Positions 11,221-27,059 are shown, numbered from the stretch's first letter. The stretch: DNA of 64,000 nucleotides from Eledone cirrhosa (GCA_964016885.1 OZ024741.1:326182001-326246000), one strand, 5' to 3'. Made by a program: numbers and translations. Notes: a model not told the origin generated them from the sequence alone.

Positions 11221-12836
11221 GGTCTTTCTCGCAGTTTTCAAGCAAGGAGTTGTGTGGTGGGTTCTTATATGTAGTGAAATCATATAAATATTTCTTATCA
11301 GTACATTTGTTTTTTTATCAAGTTAATAACAAAATTCCTAATAAACAGGCTAAAACACCTAAATCAATGAATCTAACTAAAAATATGTGTAATAAAATCA
11401 CTAATACTAATTCTCTTAATAAACATCAGGATACATCCTATAAAAATAATAAACAACATCGAAACCGTAATAGACGAGTTACTTGGTATAATGCTCCATT
11501 TAATCTACAAATTAAAGATAATATACCTAAAAAATGTTTTACTATCCTAGAGAAATACATCAAACTAACCATAATACTAAAATAAACCACAGCAAACCAC
11601 CATCTCATTCACATACAAGTCGAGAAAATTCCACACCTAATTTAACTATCTCCTCTGATACAACATTCACGAAAGGTTGTAACTGTAGAAACAAAGCAAA
11701 TTGCCCATTAACAGGAAATTGCCTTATTAATAACATAGTATATAAATGTAAAATTAACACTAAGGACTCAACTTATTCATATATAGGAGCTACTTCTAAC
11801 CAATTTAAAGTAAGATTTAATACCCACAAATAGTTTTATAAATGCCGCATTAGCTAATACAACATCCTTAACTGAAATAATTAATAATTATAGAAAAAGG
11901 AATATAGATTATAACCTGACCTGGAGTGTGCTCAAAAGGGCCACCCCTTATCAAAATAATAGATATGAATGTAGATTATGTTCCCAGGAACTTTTTGAAA
12001 TAATGAAATCTAAGGATATCCTATTAAATAAGCGACAGGAATTAATTATATCATGTAATCATAAAATGAGAAGAACTTTTAAATATTATAAACCTAATTA
12101 ATATACACTTTACAAATTATTATAATAACACTTTTTTTAAATTAGTTAACCTATAATTAATATTCTACTACTAATGAACTGCATAATTTTATTTCCCTTT
12201 TACAGCTATCTTTTCCTAAAATTTATACCAATAAGTATACATATAAACTATTTTAATTTCAGGTTATGAATCTATATTCCTTATAATCTATATAAATTTG
12301 TTATTTCTCACTAATACATTTACCCCCCTCCTCCCAATAATTATTATATTATTTTTTTATTTTCCCTTCGTTTTTAACAGCATTCTTCAATTTCATCTAA
12401 CTCTTATTTATCATATCTATATGAATTAATATAAATTTATCAATATAAATATACCTATCAATTTAATTAATTTATTTTCTTTTTATAGATGTAAATTCCT
12501 TATGTTTTAAATAAGATTGATATTTTTCACTAACACATTTATCGTAAAATTTTATTCTCCTTAGATATTTACATTAGCATTATTATTTTATAACATCAAA
12601 TTTTCGTGTACCTTTTACTGACTTGACCTATTTTCATCCCCAAAATAATCTTTTCATTCAATATACTCTTTCCATTCAAAACTGAAATCTGCTTTCCTCT
12701 ACCGCTAAATTAAAGTTCCATTACTACTATTCTACCATCTTGACCACTTACTACCTTTCTATTGGTCAATTCAAAACCTGTTCCCAAACAGACCTATTAT
12801 ATTAAATCTTTGTTGGTTTTTTCAATAAACAAATAT

Positions 12837-12972
12837 CATTATTTCTGAAGACAGCATATATATGTGTAGGTATGTATATTCCCTCTGATAGTTTTTAAAA
12901 ATGTTACATAGATCTATATGATATACATACCAACACACACATATATATCCTAGAAACGATCGTAAAATGATG
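12837..12972 (+). ncRNA. Type I hammerhead in PLE pLTR (long stem II)
   Basis: CAUUAUUU-CUGAAGA-(about 100 nt stem II)-GAAA-CGAUCG-UA^-AAAUGAUG. Confidence 0.8.
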
Positions 12973-13159
12973 AATTTTTCAATATAAGGAGCTGTTTCTT
13001 TGTTTTTATTCATTATTTTTATTAATTTATCTTGACTCTGTTTTCCTGTGTTTTTCATCGAAATAAAATGTTGAATACATCTTCTCTTTTCATGATATTC
13101 GGACTACATTGTGTTCTTCATACAGATTGGACACTACCGTACATTTTGGTAGATTTATC

Positions 13160-13196
<37 letters not shown>

Positions 13197-14170
13197 ATAC
13201 ACGTATATCGTGGCGTAAATCTTAGTAAAGTACAACACATTTCTGCGTTATCATAGAATGGAACTACTGTTTGTTCAATTTAAGTTACTTTAAATTAATT
13301 TGTAAGCTAAAAAACAAGAATATAAAAGATGAGTCAAATTCTGCATACAATTCCACAAGTGAAAAGGTAACTCTTGTAAAATCTTGCTTAGCTCTAAGGC
13401 AAAAGCTGTGTAATTTTGTTATTGCAGTGTTGCGTTTTAACTTTAGAATATCTTTCTACTAACGCTAACCATTTTTATCGCTACCATATTTCAAATAGAA
13501 ACATGTTAAACAGCCATTTTTGTTCATGTTTATTTACATAGATTTACTCTGTGTGTCAGTTTGTATGTCTGTCTGTCGCTGTCTTTGTTTATTCATCTCA
13601 CCTTTTTCTTCCTCGTATTTTCTTCCTCTAATTCTCTCACCTCTTTAGCTTTCTTTCCTTCTAATCCTCTTTTTTGCCCCTTCTTCTCTGTCTACATGTG
13701 TCTTTCCATATTTGAATATTAATCTTAATATTTGAACAAAGGTTTTAATCACACATGGCCAATGACAACAAGAAATATGACAAATGTAGAAAGAAACTTT
13801 GTGAATGCAGGTGTTTTCGTAGCTTCGTGGCTTAGTGACAAGTGCGTTTGGCTCCCGATCGGAAACATATGACTGAGTTTTGTTTGCAGCAGTGTTGTAC
13901 TGCTCCCGTCCACAGAAAAGAAACACGTATTATAGTTGTGATTTAGAAAGCCAGCTTTATCACACACAGTGTAAAATTGAATTACACCATAGACTAAGTT
14001 AAGGGAACACACGTTTGGAATGTTCAGCAATTTGCACGTTAATTTCACAAGAATCGAAACGTTTTAAGCTTGGTCGTCGAGCATATCAAATTATACTAAT
14101 ATATAAGTACATTTACAGTAATATATATATATATATACATACCTATATATATATATATATATATACATAT

Positions 14171-14865
14171 GGTATAATTATCCAAGGGTCAGAGCACTCA
14201 GGACATAGGACGAGTTAAGTATAATTAGTTACAGCAGTACTTAAGTTTCGTTGGGTTATACACACCAACTCGTTCACATTGTTATATGTAAAAAGATGGC
14301 TACCCATATAAAGGTTTTAGGAAGTATAAGAGAGGTTTCTTAAGATAGGTGATCCCGAATTTAGCTATAAATAGACAAATCCCGTAAAGAATGTAAAGAG
14401 AGGTAACTATAACCCCCCCCCCCCCCCAAAAAAAAGGAAGGCAACATGAGTTGTACAGCTAGTAGCCCAAGTGTTAAATTATAAAGTTGAAGGAAATAGA
14501 TTCAGTTAATCTACTTCATGAGAATAGCGAGTGAAGCCGTCGAGGCGGGTATTTAAGCACTATTTATCTGAAGTCTGTTGCGAAAGTATATTTCACTTCT
14601 CCGAGTAATACAGCTGGCAAAATTATTTCGTCCCATTAACATAGAGGTTGCATTTTCCAGTATCCTCCATTTAATTGAGAACACTGTGCCGTTATTTTTG
14701 AGATTCTACTCAGGGTTCGCGAGCTTAGTGGTATGTTTTTTGTCAGGATGTCTGAAGAATATTTCGTAGTTCAGGAAACGGCTTTTGAAACGGCTCTCAG
14801 ACATTCCTATATAAGTGCAGGCTTTAGTTTGGTGGAGATTACGTCTGATTTCATGTATCACTACT

Positions 14866-14866
<1 letters not shown>
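14171..14866 (-). mobile_element. PLE 3' fragment (GIY-YIG remnant, 3' UTR, pLTR with decayed hammerhead at 14235-14280)
   Basis: TYIGMSESRFKSRFLNYEIFFRHPDKKHTTKLA in ORF 14706-15131. Minus-strand GUGAACGA-GUUGG..CCAAC-GAAA-CUUAAG-UA. Tail homologous to 59460-59525. Confidence 0.75.
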
Positions 14867-14911
<45 letters not shown>

Positions 14912-14912
14912 A

Positions 14913-14960
<48 letters not shown>

Positions 14961-15354
14961 TATAGTTAGTAGAGCGGGATTTCGTAGTCCAAAAGAATGA
15001 ACACTCGGAATGCGATCATAGTATTCATTTATATTATTTGATTGTACAACAAATATTAGTTGTATAGCTTTTGTTGATAGAGACACATATACTACATTGT
15101 GTACATAATGCTTGTACACACTAATCATCAAACAAGAATAAATTGATTCTTATATATTACTATTTCCCTCTGTCCCTCATTCTGAATCTATATATTTATA
15201 TATAGAAAGGTGTATATATATATATATATAGGTGTATATATATATATATAGTACCCATCAAGTAGCGGGGTTGATTCTCTCCACCCTCTCTATCTCTGGG
15301 AAGAAATTTACTATATTCAGACCAGGAGGAGCCGGCTCCGCCTGGTTATAAAAA

Positions 15355-15543
15355 TAATTGTTTCTACTTTAGGCACAAGGCCAGCAATTACGCAGTGAAT
15401 CACTGGTACTTTATTTTATCGACCCTGTAAGGATGAAAAGCAAAGTCAACCTCGGCAGGATTTGAACTCAGATCGTAAAGGGACGTAACTATGCTGGAAA
15501 GCATGGCGTCCGACCCTTTACCGATACTGCCAATCCACCGCCC
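15355..15543 (-). mobile_element. tRNA-derived SINE (Meta-domain-like core)
   Basis: Minus strand: A-box TGGCAGTATCGG, B-box GAGTTCAAATCC, core TTTCATCCTTACAGGGTCGATAAAATAAAGTACCAG, and an ATT-type tail. At least 10 copies in the window. Confidence 0.8.
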
Positions 15544-15615
15544 TTATAAAAATAATGCCATAGAAAAGCCGTATCTTAATACGGCGCACTTATGACTCCA
15601 TGCATGAATATAGGT

Positions 15616-15668
<53 letters not shown>

Positions 15669-15772
15669 AATATATGTATTTCTGTATATATATATACATA
15701 TGCGTATATATATATATATGTCTATAAAATAAACATACATATTTGTGATATATAAATATAGGAATAGATAAT

Positions 15773-15881
<109 letters not shown>

Positions 15882-15920
15882 ATTAAATAAATGGAAACTA
15901 TATTTATAAAACCATATTTA

Positions 15921-15982
15921 TTTCATTATATATATTTCGGGGATATCATATTAACAATATGCTATGCCTTCCTCAGACAAAA
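15921..15982 (-). ncRNA. Type I hammerhead (left arm)
   Basis: Mirror of 16131-16192. Confidence 0.72.
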
Positions 15983-16130
15983 TACAATATAAACAGTTTT
16001 ATAGATAAATAGATTCGACATACCGTAACAACACCGACTTGCATTTGAAGAGGTTGAATTGACTTCAAATGCAAGTCAGTGTTGTTACGGTATGTCGAAT
16101 CTATTTATCTATAAAACTGTTTATATTGTA

Positions 16131-16192
16131 TTTTGTCTGAGGAAGGCATAGCATATTGTTAATATGATATCCCCGAAATATATATAATGAAA
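16131..16192 (+). ncRNA. Type I hammerhead (right arm)
   Basis: UUUUGU-CUGAGGA-stem II-GAAA-UAUAUA-UA^-AUGAAA. Confidence 0.72.
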
Positions 16193-16379
16193 TAAATATG
16201 GTTTTACAAATATAGTTTCCATTTATTTAATATTGTAAATATACTCCAAATATTTGTCGAGTGCTTTTATATCAGTTATAAATATTTACTAGTTGTAACC
16301 CAACAATTTTAAATATAACTTTCCATGTATATATATATATATATATATATTCCTATATTTATATATCACAAATATGTAT

Positions 16380-16415
<36 letters not shown>

Positions 16416-16925
16416 CTATATTTATATATCACAAATATGTATGTTTATATCTATATATATATATATATATATGTGTGTGTCATTTCACATGGATTCACAG
16501 TTCCCTTCTTATATATCAACTGTCGCTTCGTTGATCAATGAATTGCTTTCGCATGAAATAACATTGATGTTGAGAACTTCAGTATTCTTGTCATCACAAT
16601 CAACAGATTCGCCATCATCACAATCATCATCCTCATCACCAGCACAATATTCACCACCACCACCACCACCACCACCACCATTTTCATCATCATGATTGTT
16701 TTTCATCGTCATCATTACTGAGTGGGACAAAATGCTTTGCAGCATAAAGATACGTCCCTTTACATTCGGTGTTCAAATCCCGCCGAGGTTAACTTTGCTT
16801 TTCGTCTTTCCGAGGTCAACAAAATGTTGTACCAGTAATACACTGGTTCGAATTAATCGACCTTCCACTTGGTATGGATGCAAAAATATATATACAATAT
16901 ACAATATACAAGTGGAACCCATTTA

Positions 16926-17530
16926 TTCTACAACAACTACAACGATACGCGATGGGGCTCACCCACAGCCCCGAGGGACAGAATGGAGAAGGCGTTTCCC
17001 CGGAGGACGGCAAGGGAGACGCGCTGGAAGAGCCACTCCAACTCGCGGGGCTCACACCTGCGGCTGGCCAGCTCAGCGCCTATGGTGGTGAGTAGAGAAG
17101 TAACCATGGGGCCGAGGACACCAGAAGTCTCCACTGCCAGCGGTACGACGGCAAACCTGTCGGAGAGCGACCGGTATTTGAGGAGTTTGGCCCCCTCAGC
17201 CGGACGTGAACCTGGGTCACTCGTAGACTGCACCAGGTTGCAGCTGCAGAAAGTGTCGGTGCAAGTGCCATCCCAGACGAGGGATTTGCCACCGCGGAAC
17301 GGGAAGATGGTCATGCCATCTGGCCTTTAGCCATCCCCTCGATCCAGCCCCACCGGCTCGAGCTGGGGAGGGAAACCTGCAGCATCCAAGCCACGCTTAA
17401 TGACCTCGTTGAGGGCAGGATGGCGTGGAATGCGGCCGGCACTGTGGCGACAGGAAAGCGGGCGGAGGCCGAAAGAGTCCACGGTGCCTAGCAGATCCGG
17501 AGGCCGAGCCTCAGGGAAACGCCGATGCCC
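16926..17530 (-). mobile_element. CRE-like non-LTR retrotransposon 3' fragment (restriction-like endonuclease)
   Basis: CRHSAGRIPRH..LNEVIKR..LEPVGLDRGDG*RPDGMTIFPF..LVWDGTCTDT..PLAVETSGVLG..WLFQRVSLAVLRGNA, followed by a TTG/TAG tail. Confidence 0.82.
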
Positions 17531-17956
17531 TGAATTCAAATCCTACCAAGGTTAATTTAGCCTTTCATATTTTCAATGTCGATAAAATAATCCGCCCAGT
17601 ACTGGTGTTGATTTTACATGTATATTATTTTTCCCTACCTCCTCTCTTTCCTATCTCTCTAACTCTCTCTTTCTCTCTCTCCCATCTCCCACTCCTCTCC
17701 CTTTCATTCTCTGTAATAACTTGGCTGAGTTGAAATCTGGAGTGAGGTCTCCTCCGCCAAGTTTTAAATGCCCAATACACGCCGGATGTCAACTCGGTGC
17801 TCCTACAACACCACCAGGAGTTGCGGGTCTATATATAAATAAGTATTAAAGGTGGTTCCCTGAACAGGTGTAATTTACTAAGATTGGCGTACAGATATTT
17901 ATAATGTTGTTATTGCTACTCTAGTTGTTATCCTAGTGATTTATCTCTATGCATGT

Positions 17957-18146
17957 TTATTGGTAGTATCGGTAGAGGGTCGGACGCCATGCTTTGACGC
18001 ATAGAGTTACGGCCCTTGCCATTCTGGGTTCATATCCCGCCGAGGTTAGCTTTGCCTTTCATGCTTACGAGGTCGATAAAATAATGTACCAGTAATGCAC
18101 TGGGTGATTGCTGGCCTTGTGCCAAAAGTAGAAACAATTATTATTA
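17957..18146 (+). mobile_element. tRNA-derived SINE, same family as 15355-15543
   Basis: TGGTAGTATCGG...GGGTTCATATCCC...GCCTTTCATGCTTACGAGGTCGATAAAATAATGTACCAG...GAAACAATTATTATT. Partial copies at about 16757-16850 and 17531-17605. Confidence 0.8.
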
Positions 18147-18159
18147 TATTTTTCAACCA

Positions 18160-18510
18160 CTTACCGCTTCATCTTTGTGCCAGTCTCCGTCGCGGCTTCT
18201 GGTGTCCTTGGTTCCCCGCACTGCTGATTTCCGTAAATTCGGAAAGATAGCAGCACACTTGAGGAAGGAGCCCCGTGACGTAGGGTAGGTGTTGCAGTGG
18301 AGCGGGTGTCTTAGGCCATTCCCCTTGCAAATGCCTTTGCCATTTTGTTTATGTTGTGTGGCTGAGGCACCGCTCAGAGAGGGGTGTAGTGTCTGTTCTC
18401 CTCCCCCTCACTTTCTTTCGTTGCTAAATTCTTTTTTCTTTTTCTTCTTTACTGTGTCTCCTTTAATAGTGTGCTTTGTTTTTGTATAAAGAACTTTGTG
18501 AAATAAAATG
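18160..18510 (+). mobile_element. Divergent CRE-like 3' remnant
   Basis: Broken frames RFIFVPVSVAASGVLG, KIAAHLRKEPRD and AIPLANAFAIL align by eye with the 16937-17314 protein. Confidence 0.55.
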
Positions 18511-18789
18511 TCCACATACAAAATATATTTTAAAATTACATTAAACGTCGATGTCCAGTTTTTCCCCTTAAAATATCTCTTGTCCCCATCACATATATAG
18601 GAAATTCTGGAAATTGTCTCATTAAACAGAAATCATTCGAATACAAAAAAAAAAAGAATATTAGCGAAAGTAGTTGAGAAAATATCAAAGGCAACATTTT
18701 ATTTCGTTTATTTCCGTCATATGTTAAGATAAGATATTCTCACATATGTCTATGCATACCCTTTACAATTCTGCAATCCAAACACTCGC

Positions 18790-19285
<496 letters not shown>

Positions 19286-19639
19286 CACTTGAAGAAATAG
19301 CCCCATATATATACCCACACTTACATACACATGCATAATTCTCAGAAATATCACCAACGACATATGAAATGCAAAGTATATGTATCAACTTGTTGATTAT
19401 GTTCACACTACTAATCTATTCAGGTTGCTGGGCCATAAAAGAATGTGAAGGTTGTATATGATTCATATAATTTCTGGAATAGAATCGAACGAACTTCCGT
19501 CAGCTTCGGAAAACTTTGAAACTAACACGTATGTGGCTGAGTATTCCATAGACGATATATATAACCATAATGTAATTTTCAAGAAGACTCATTGTGACCC
19601 AACGTGTATGACAGCGTTGGCCCATTGAATTAAACCTAC

Positions 19640-19806
19640 AGTCGTCTGATGGATTTCCTAATAGTTTCCGCCTATACAGTTTCACTCACAAGACTTGTGA
19701 TGTCCCAATACTATGATAATTGAGACTTGCCTAACATGCAACACTGTGGGATCCAACCAGGGACCTAATGATTGCGAAGCAAACTTCTTAACTACTCGGC
19801 TATGCT
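19640..19806 (-). mobile_element. Degenerate SINE of a second family (related copy on + at about 35200-35350)
   Basis: Both copies share AAG(A/G)A(G/A)TTTGCTT at the head and a (C/T)GGAAACT motif near the end. Confidence 0.5.
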
Positions 19807-20957
19807 CCATCTATTGTGAACAAAATTTGATACATATATCCGAATCGAATGGGTATGGCTAAAAAAAGGAAAGCAGTCGATCGAGAAAGTTCCCTTGGTA
19901 TTTCCATTGATGATAATATCTGCTGGTGGTAACTCCTAAATGATGGAGGCGGCTTCACTACGCATGGACTGTTACTTTATTTAACGATTGAGAAAGGACA
20001 AAAAGTAAAGTTGACCTCAATAAGATTTAAATTCAATACCAAAAATATTTTGACTCTCTAATAACTCTGCCATTTCGTCGCCTTTTGTTAAAAAAATTTG
20101 AATTTAGCGTCAGATATAAAGCTACTGTGGCCCAAACTTATGTCAGTAAAGTAATATTGCCTTTTATTTATTTACCAGTAAAGGGGCAATAGATGACCAG
20201 TATAGAGCATTGCATAAAATGTCTTGTAGCATTTAATATTCTAAATTCAAATTCAAATGACGCCTGTGTCAACTCTGTCTTTCATGATTCAGGGTCAATA
20301 AAATAAAGTAGCAAAAACCAATTACTGTGGTCGATATATCCTAACCAACCAAATTGCTTGCAATGTGCTTACATTACTGGGGTTGATATATCCTACTAAT
20401 CACTAACCAACCAAATTGTTGACCTTGGTCTTCAATTGTAAAATTATTCCCCCCACACACGTGGATTCTTAACGCAATCTCAAAGCTAAGACAATGAGCC
20501 ACAATATATGACAAGACTGGACCTTGAATTACAGGTAATTCAGTCCAACTTGTATTATAGTGTATTAGAATCAGTAGCTAATCATTCGGTGATTTGTTAT
20601 TTCTCTCAACTGTCTATCTATATATTGAGGTGTTGGGGAAAGGAGCACTCGATTTGTTGGAGCATCTTATATTGGTTCAGCATCATTTGAATACAACATT
20701 TCTTTTAATCTGGGATTGTTTTAGTGATTACAATCATGAGAGCGCGGCCACACTGGAGAACAATTACGATTTTGTTGATCATAGAGAACCTAGTACATAT
20801 ATATTTTTCCTATTTAACTGAGCACATTTTTGTCTCACTGCTACTTTACAAGACATACACTCAAACACAAACACAGACACAAACATCAACTTATAGAGAT
20901 AAACACATACACACGTATACATAGATACACACAAACACAAAGATACACACACACGAG

Positions 20958-20988
<31 letters not shown>

Positions 20989-21015
20989 ACACACACACAC
21001 ACACATACACACACA

Positions 21016-21059
<44 letters not shown>

Positions 21060-21112
21060 CACCGACTTCTGGATTTTCTGTCTTCCAAATTCACTTACAA
21101 GTTATGGTCAGA

Positions 21113-21273
21113 ACCATAGGCGCTGAGCTGGCCAGCCGTAGGTGTGAGCCCCGCGAGTTGGAGTGGCTTTTCCAGCGTGTCTCCCTTGCCGTACTCCGGG
21201 GAAAAGGCTTCTCCATTCTGTCCGACGGGGCTGTGGGTGGGCCCCATCGCGTACCGTTGTAGTTTTTGTAGAA
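21113..21273 (+). mobile_element. CRE-like short 3' fragment
   Basis: TIGAELASRRCEPRELEWLFQRVSLAVLRG, near-identical to 16937-17314, with the same TTGTAG tail. Confidence 0.85.
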
Positions 21274-21698
21274 GAAACAGGAAGACAACAACTGGAAAGT
21301 TTGATTTTCGACTTTATCATTTACTTTTATTATCTATTATTATGTATTAAACTTCCAATATAAGAAATGTCAAAAAATAAGTCAAACTGATAATATAAAA
21401 ATATTCTCAACTCGTACATTTTATAAAATACATGTCCAATGTGCCACCGCGTAGTAGATCTGAACGCAGAGTATCATCTCGTGGCTGTGAAGCAATTCCT
21501 TATACATACACACAGCACCTTTCTAAATGACCATAATAGATACAAGTAAATCTAACCAGTCCTTTTCTATATGACGTCTTTCGGTTTCTAGAAATCTATT
21601 ATAGTATTTACCTAGACAAAATCTTGATATGTGACAGACTCTACATATATATTAAAAAAATCAAATCAATTTTTGCAGTGATCAAATCAATAAATATA

Positions 21699-23345
<1,647 letters not shown>

Positions 23346-23882
23346 GTGCGTAAATTGTAAAAATGGACATAAAGGTAGTAGTAAAATAGTCGGTGTAATT
23401 TGTTGTTTGATAAAGAAAGATAACTCTGAATATTTAAGAAAGAAAAACATTTCTGCAATAGTTTCGTTAATGTTTTACTCAATAATATAAAATAAATAAT
23501 ATAGGAAGCAAAAACAGTAAATATGATATAACAATAATTAAAATGAATAGAATAAATAGAAAAAAAAACAAACGAGCAAATATATAAATAAATATATGTA
23601 TATATAAACAAATACATATATAAATAAATAAATGCATCGATAAAGAAAGAAACGAATATTTATTTAAATAAAATGAAATATATTTTTATTCTTTCGGTTG
23701 CAAACACAAATATATTGTTGAATATCTTTCCCTCAGATCTCGAAGTCATTAAGATAGACCCTCAGGATAAATGCAAGATTTAACTACTTTCTCAACCATT
23801 GGCAGCAACACTTCACAAATAATCTTTCTTTTCTACATTTTAACAATATTCTTACTTATATTTTACTTTTATACTTACACTA

Positions 23883-23946
<64 letters not shown>

Positions 23947-24185
23947 TATGTAAGTATATATATAAATGTATATATATGTATGATTGTGTGTATACACACT
24001 TATATGTCCGTATGTATATATATATATTTATATTTATATATATTATATGCATATATATGTGTGTTTGCCTGTGTGTGAGTGGTGGTGGTGGTGGTGTATA
24101 TAAGTGCTCACACACACACACATATACATATATATAATATTATAAGTATGATATACATCGATCTAAAAGAGGAAAGTAACAACAA

Positions 24186-24221
<36 letters not shown>

Positions 24222-24488
24222 CTCGCTCTCTGTCTCACACTCACACAATCTCCCTCTTATAAATATAGACTGTTGTTCTAACATCATAACTTGAAAGTCC
24301 AATAACGTATTTTTTATTATATTAAACTTATTGTATATGCTTTCATTAGTAATCCCACCATGTTAAGGTTACTGATAATTCACACACACACATGTATCTA
24401 TGTCCAATTATATATATATATATATATATACATATATACATATATATATATAGAAATTAGAAATTATAAGCTGTCACCGTATTTTAGA

Positions 24489-24559
24489 TGTGTATTGGTG
24501 TAATGGTAGCACACTGGTCTGGATAACCAATGATGTGGGTTCGACTCCCATGTACGGCA
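24489..24559 (+). pseudogene. tRNA-like sequence (tRNA pseudogene or SINE head) inside a 36-bp inverted repeat
   Basis: A-box TGGTGTAATGG, anticodon arm TGGT-CTGGATA-ACCA, T arm GTGGG-TTCGACT-CCCAT. Acceptor stem is poor. Confidence 0.65.
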
Positions 24560-24782
24560 ACACTCATCTTTTTCCATTTTTCCGAGGGTTATAAATCCCA
24601 CTACCAGGCTAGAAACTTCTTTAGTCTAAAATACGGTGAAAGCTTATAATTTCTAATTTCAACCTCGCGCACCGTTTCAAAAACATACTTACATGTTTAC
24701 GCTTATAATTTGCTTGTATATATATATATGTATATATATATACCTGCTATGGGTATATAGCTTCTAATTGAATGGAAGGAAT

Positions 24783-24852
24783 CATGGTTGGTGTAATGGT
24801 AATACATTGGTCCGACAAACCAAACATGTTGGTTCGAGTACCGCAACGTCGC
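24783..24852 (+). pseudogene. Second, more degenerate tRNA-like sequence
   Basis: TGGTGTAATGGTA, TTGGT-CCGACAA-ACCAA, GGTTCGAGTACC. Confidence 0.55.
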
Positions 24853-24925
24853 TCCTTACTGACCGCTAAGTATGGGATTAATCTTTACTTTATATTCTAC
24901 CCTGAAACTTTATCGTGACTATCTA

Positions 24926-25028
24926 TAATTGTTTCTACTTTTGGCACAAGGCCAGCAATTATCCAGTGCATTACTGGTACTTTATTTTATCGACCCCGTA
25001 AGGATGAAAGGCAAAGTTAACCTCGGCG
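24926..25028 (-). mobile_element. tRNA-derived SINE, 3' half
   Basis: Same core as 15355-15543. Confidence 0.8.
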
Positions 25029-25461
25029 ATCTATAATACACTTAAACTTGTTCATAAAAGCCTCCTTCTGTAAATTATTTAACTGAATCTCTCAACAGCA
25101 AACCTAAACCTTATTTTTCTAACTTCATTTTAAATGGCATCTTCTAACTCTAAACATAAATTTAACGTTTCTAATTGTTAATCGTAATTTCTGTCCATAC
25201 ATTATACCATGCAGACGCTCACTATATATTACTATATATAGATTTGCTAAAGATATATGTTCTTTGATATTTTTCGCGGCACTTTCTAGCACGCTAGACT
25301 AGCATGAATGTGACCTGACCTCAACGCTGGCCCCTGTCTTTGACGGGGTAGTAGTAGCTCATTATAAGTCTACACCCCTTCACCAGATGGACATTGAGGG
25401 CGGCCGACCCGATTTTCAGCCCCATGGATTTTGTCTATTATATTCCTTTGTTATATTTCGA

Positions 25462-25519
25462 ATACCTGATGATGTCACCGGATTCATACTGAACCCGGTC
25501 ATTGAAATGATCATAGTAT
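25462..25519 (+). ncRNA. Type I hammerhead in a pLTR-like element (about 25410-25710)
   Basis: AUAC-CUGAUGA-UGUCACCGG..CCGGUCAUU-GAAA-UGAUCA-UA^-GUAU. Confidence 0.8.
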
Positions 25520-26855
25520 GATAAACCTTTTAAGGAATTACACCAGTCCAGCCTCCTGTTATTTTATAATAATTAACTCCGTACTCGCACCACCAACTCC
25601 ACAAACGAAGACGGGTGAGTTGCATTACGTTGAGTACTCTCCATAATATTACATCGAGGTTGACCATACGGAATGACCAGTTCTATTCAGTGGTGAACAA
25701 ACAAACCTAAATATATATATATATTTTTATTATTATTTTTTTTATTATTATTTTTTTATTTTTTTTTATTTTTTCTATTTTTCTATTTGTTTACTTATTT
25801 ATATATTTATTTATTTATTTATATGAGTGTGTATGTATGCTTGCATGTATGTGTATGGACATATGTCTATGGTTACATGGTTCATATTTGTATATTTGTG
25901 CATGTATAACAGGATGCATCCTTCCATGGATGACCATGTATGACCTTTTGTGCAGCTTTATATGACTGTGAGTATATCACATTGGGGTACGGACAGAGAT
26001 ATATACATGTATGCGTGTATGTGTCTTTGTGGATGTGCGTGGACACGGAGCTAATTGGGCGCGTATTTGTTGGAATGTATATGAGCCAGTGAGTGAGTGT
26101 GTGTGTGTGTGTGTGTGTCTGTGGGTGTGTGTGTGTATGTGCACCTACATAAGGCAGGGTTTGTTTGTATGTTTATGTGCGTGTACATATGTGTAGATAT
26201 ATATACATGTCTGTATGTATGTGTGTATGTGTGTTTGTGTCTTTTGAACTGTGTCTGTCCTTGTGCCTATCAATACGAACAGGCATGTATGTGTGCATGT
26301 GTGTGTCTATGTATATGTCTCTGCGTGTTTGTGTATATGTGCAGATGTACGCGCACGCTGATATATGTCCTTGTATGCGTGTACGTGTGTGTGTGCGTGT
26401 GTGCGCGTGTGAGACCGCATGTATGGGGGTATATAGGCAGGTGCCAGTGGACGTGTGTGTTGGTGTGTATATGGTTGTGGGTGTGTGTGAGAGAGGGAGT
26501 GTGTGTGTATATGTATATGGGTGTGTATGTCTACACATGTGTGCGTACATATGTGTATGCATATATATGTATGTGTCTGCGTGTGTGTGTGTATGTGTAT
26601 GTGTATTTATATGTGTGTGTGTATGTGTGGGTATAAATTTGTGAGAGTGAGCAGACTTGTGAGATACCAAACCCAGTATGAGTCGATTCAAGTGTGTCGG
26701 ACGGAGAGTAGCTGATGCCCAGTGTGGCAGCAAATATTGACCAGAATTTATGATGACGTGGAAAAACAACAGCCAATGGCGAGACAAGTGTGGAAGATGT
26801 TTTTTGAAGTGAGAAAATTTCCGCAGTGAGAAAATTTGGTCCAAAAGCATTGCAT

Positions 26856-26943
26856 GTGTCCGAAGAACCTGCAGTTATAGAATCAGGCGGATCCATACAA
26901 CGATCATATCGCGAGCTATCTGCCGGCGAAACAATTGTAACAC
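26856..26943 (+). ncRNA. Degenerate hammerhead (U4C)
   Basis: GUGU-CCGAAGA-stem II-GAAA-CAAUUG-UA-ACAC. Confidence 0.6.
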
Positions 26944-26986
26944 GCAATAAACTGAGTCTAGATGCATCACTGATTTTTCGTTTTTT

Positions 26987-27059
<73 letters not shown>

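Larger units (their letters stand above)
8010..13162. mobile_element. Naiad-type Penelope-like element with large inversion (arms about 8010-9848 and 11322-13028, plus 3' tail 13029-13162)
   Basis: ORFs 11250-11585 and 11534-11833 (+) repeat 9195-10202 (-). The 3' UTR/pLTR is mirrored (ORFs 8026-8217 versus 12822-13058). Both ends abut (TA)n. Confidence 0.92.

Noticed and set aside
24489-24559. Functional tRNA gene
   Set aside because: Acceptor stem and anticodon loop are non-canonical; treated as a pseudogene or SINE head.
24625-24660. GGTGAAAGCTTA as the 3' half of a hammerhead
   Set aside because: No CUGANGA core or stem I partner upstream.
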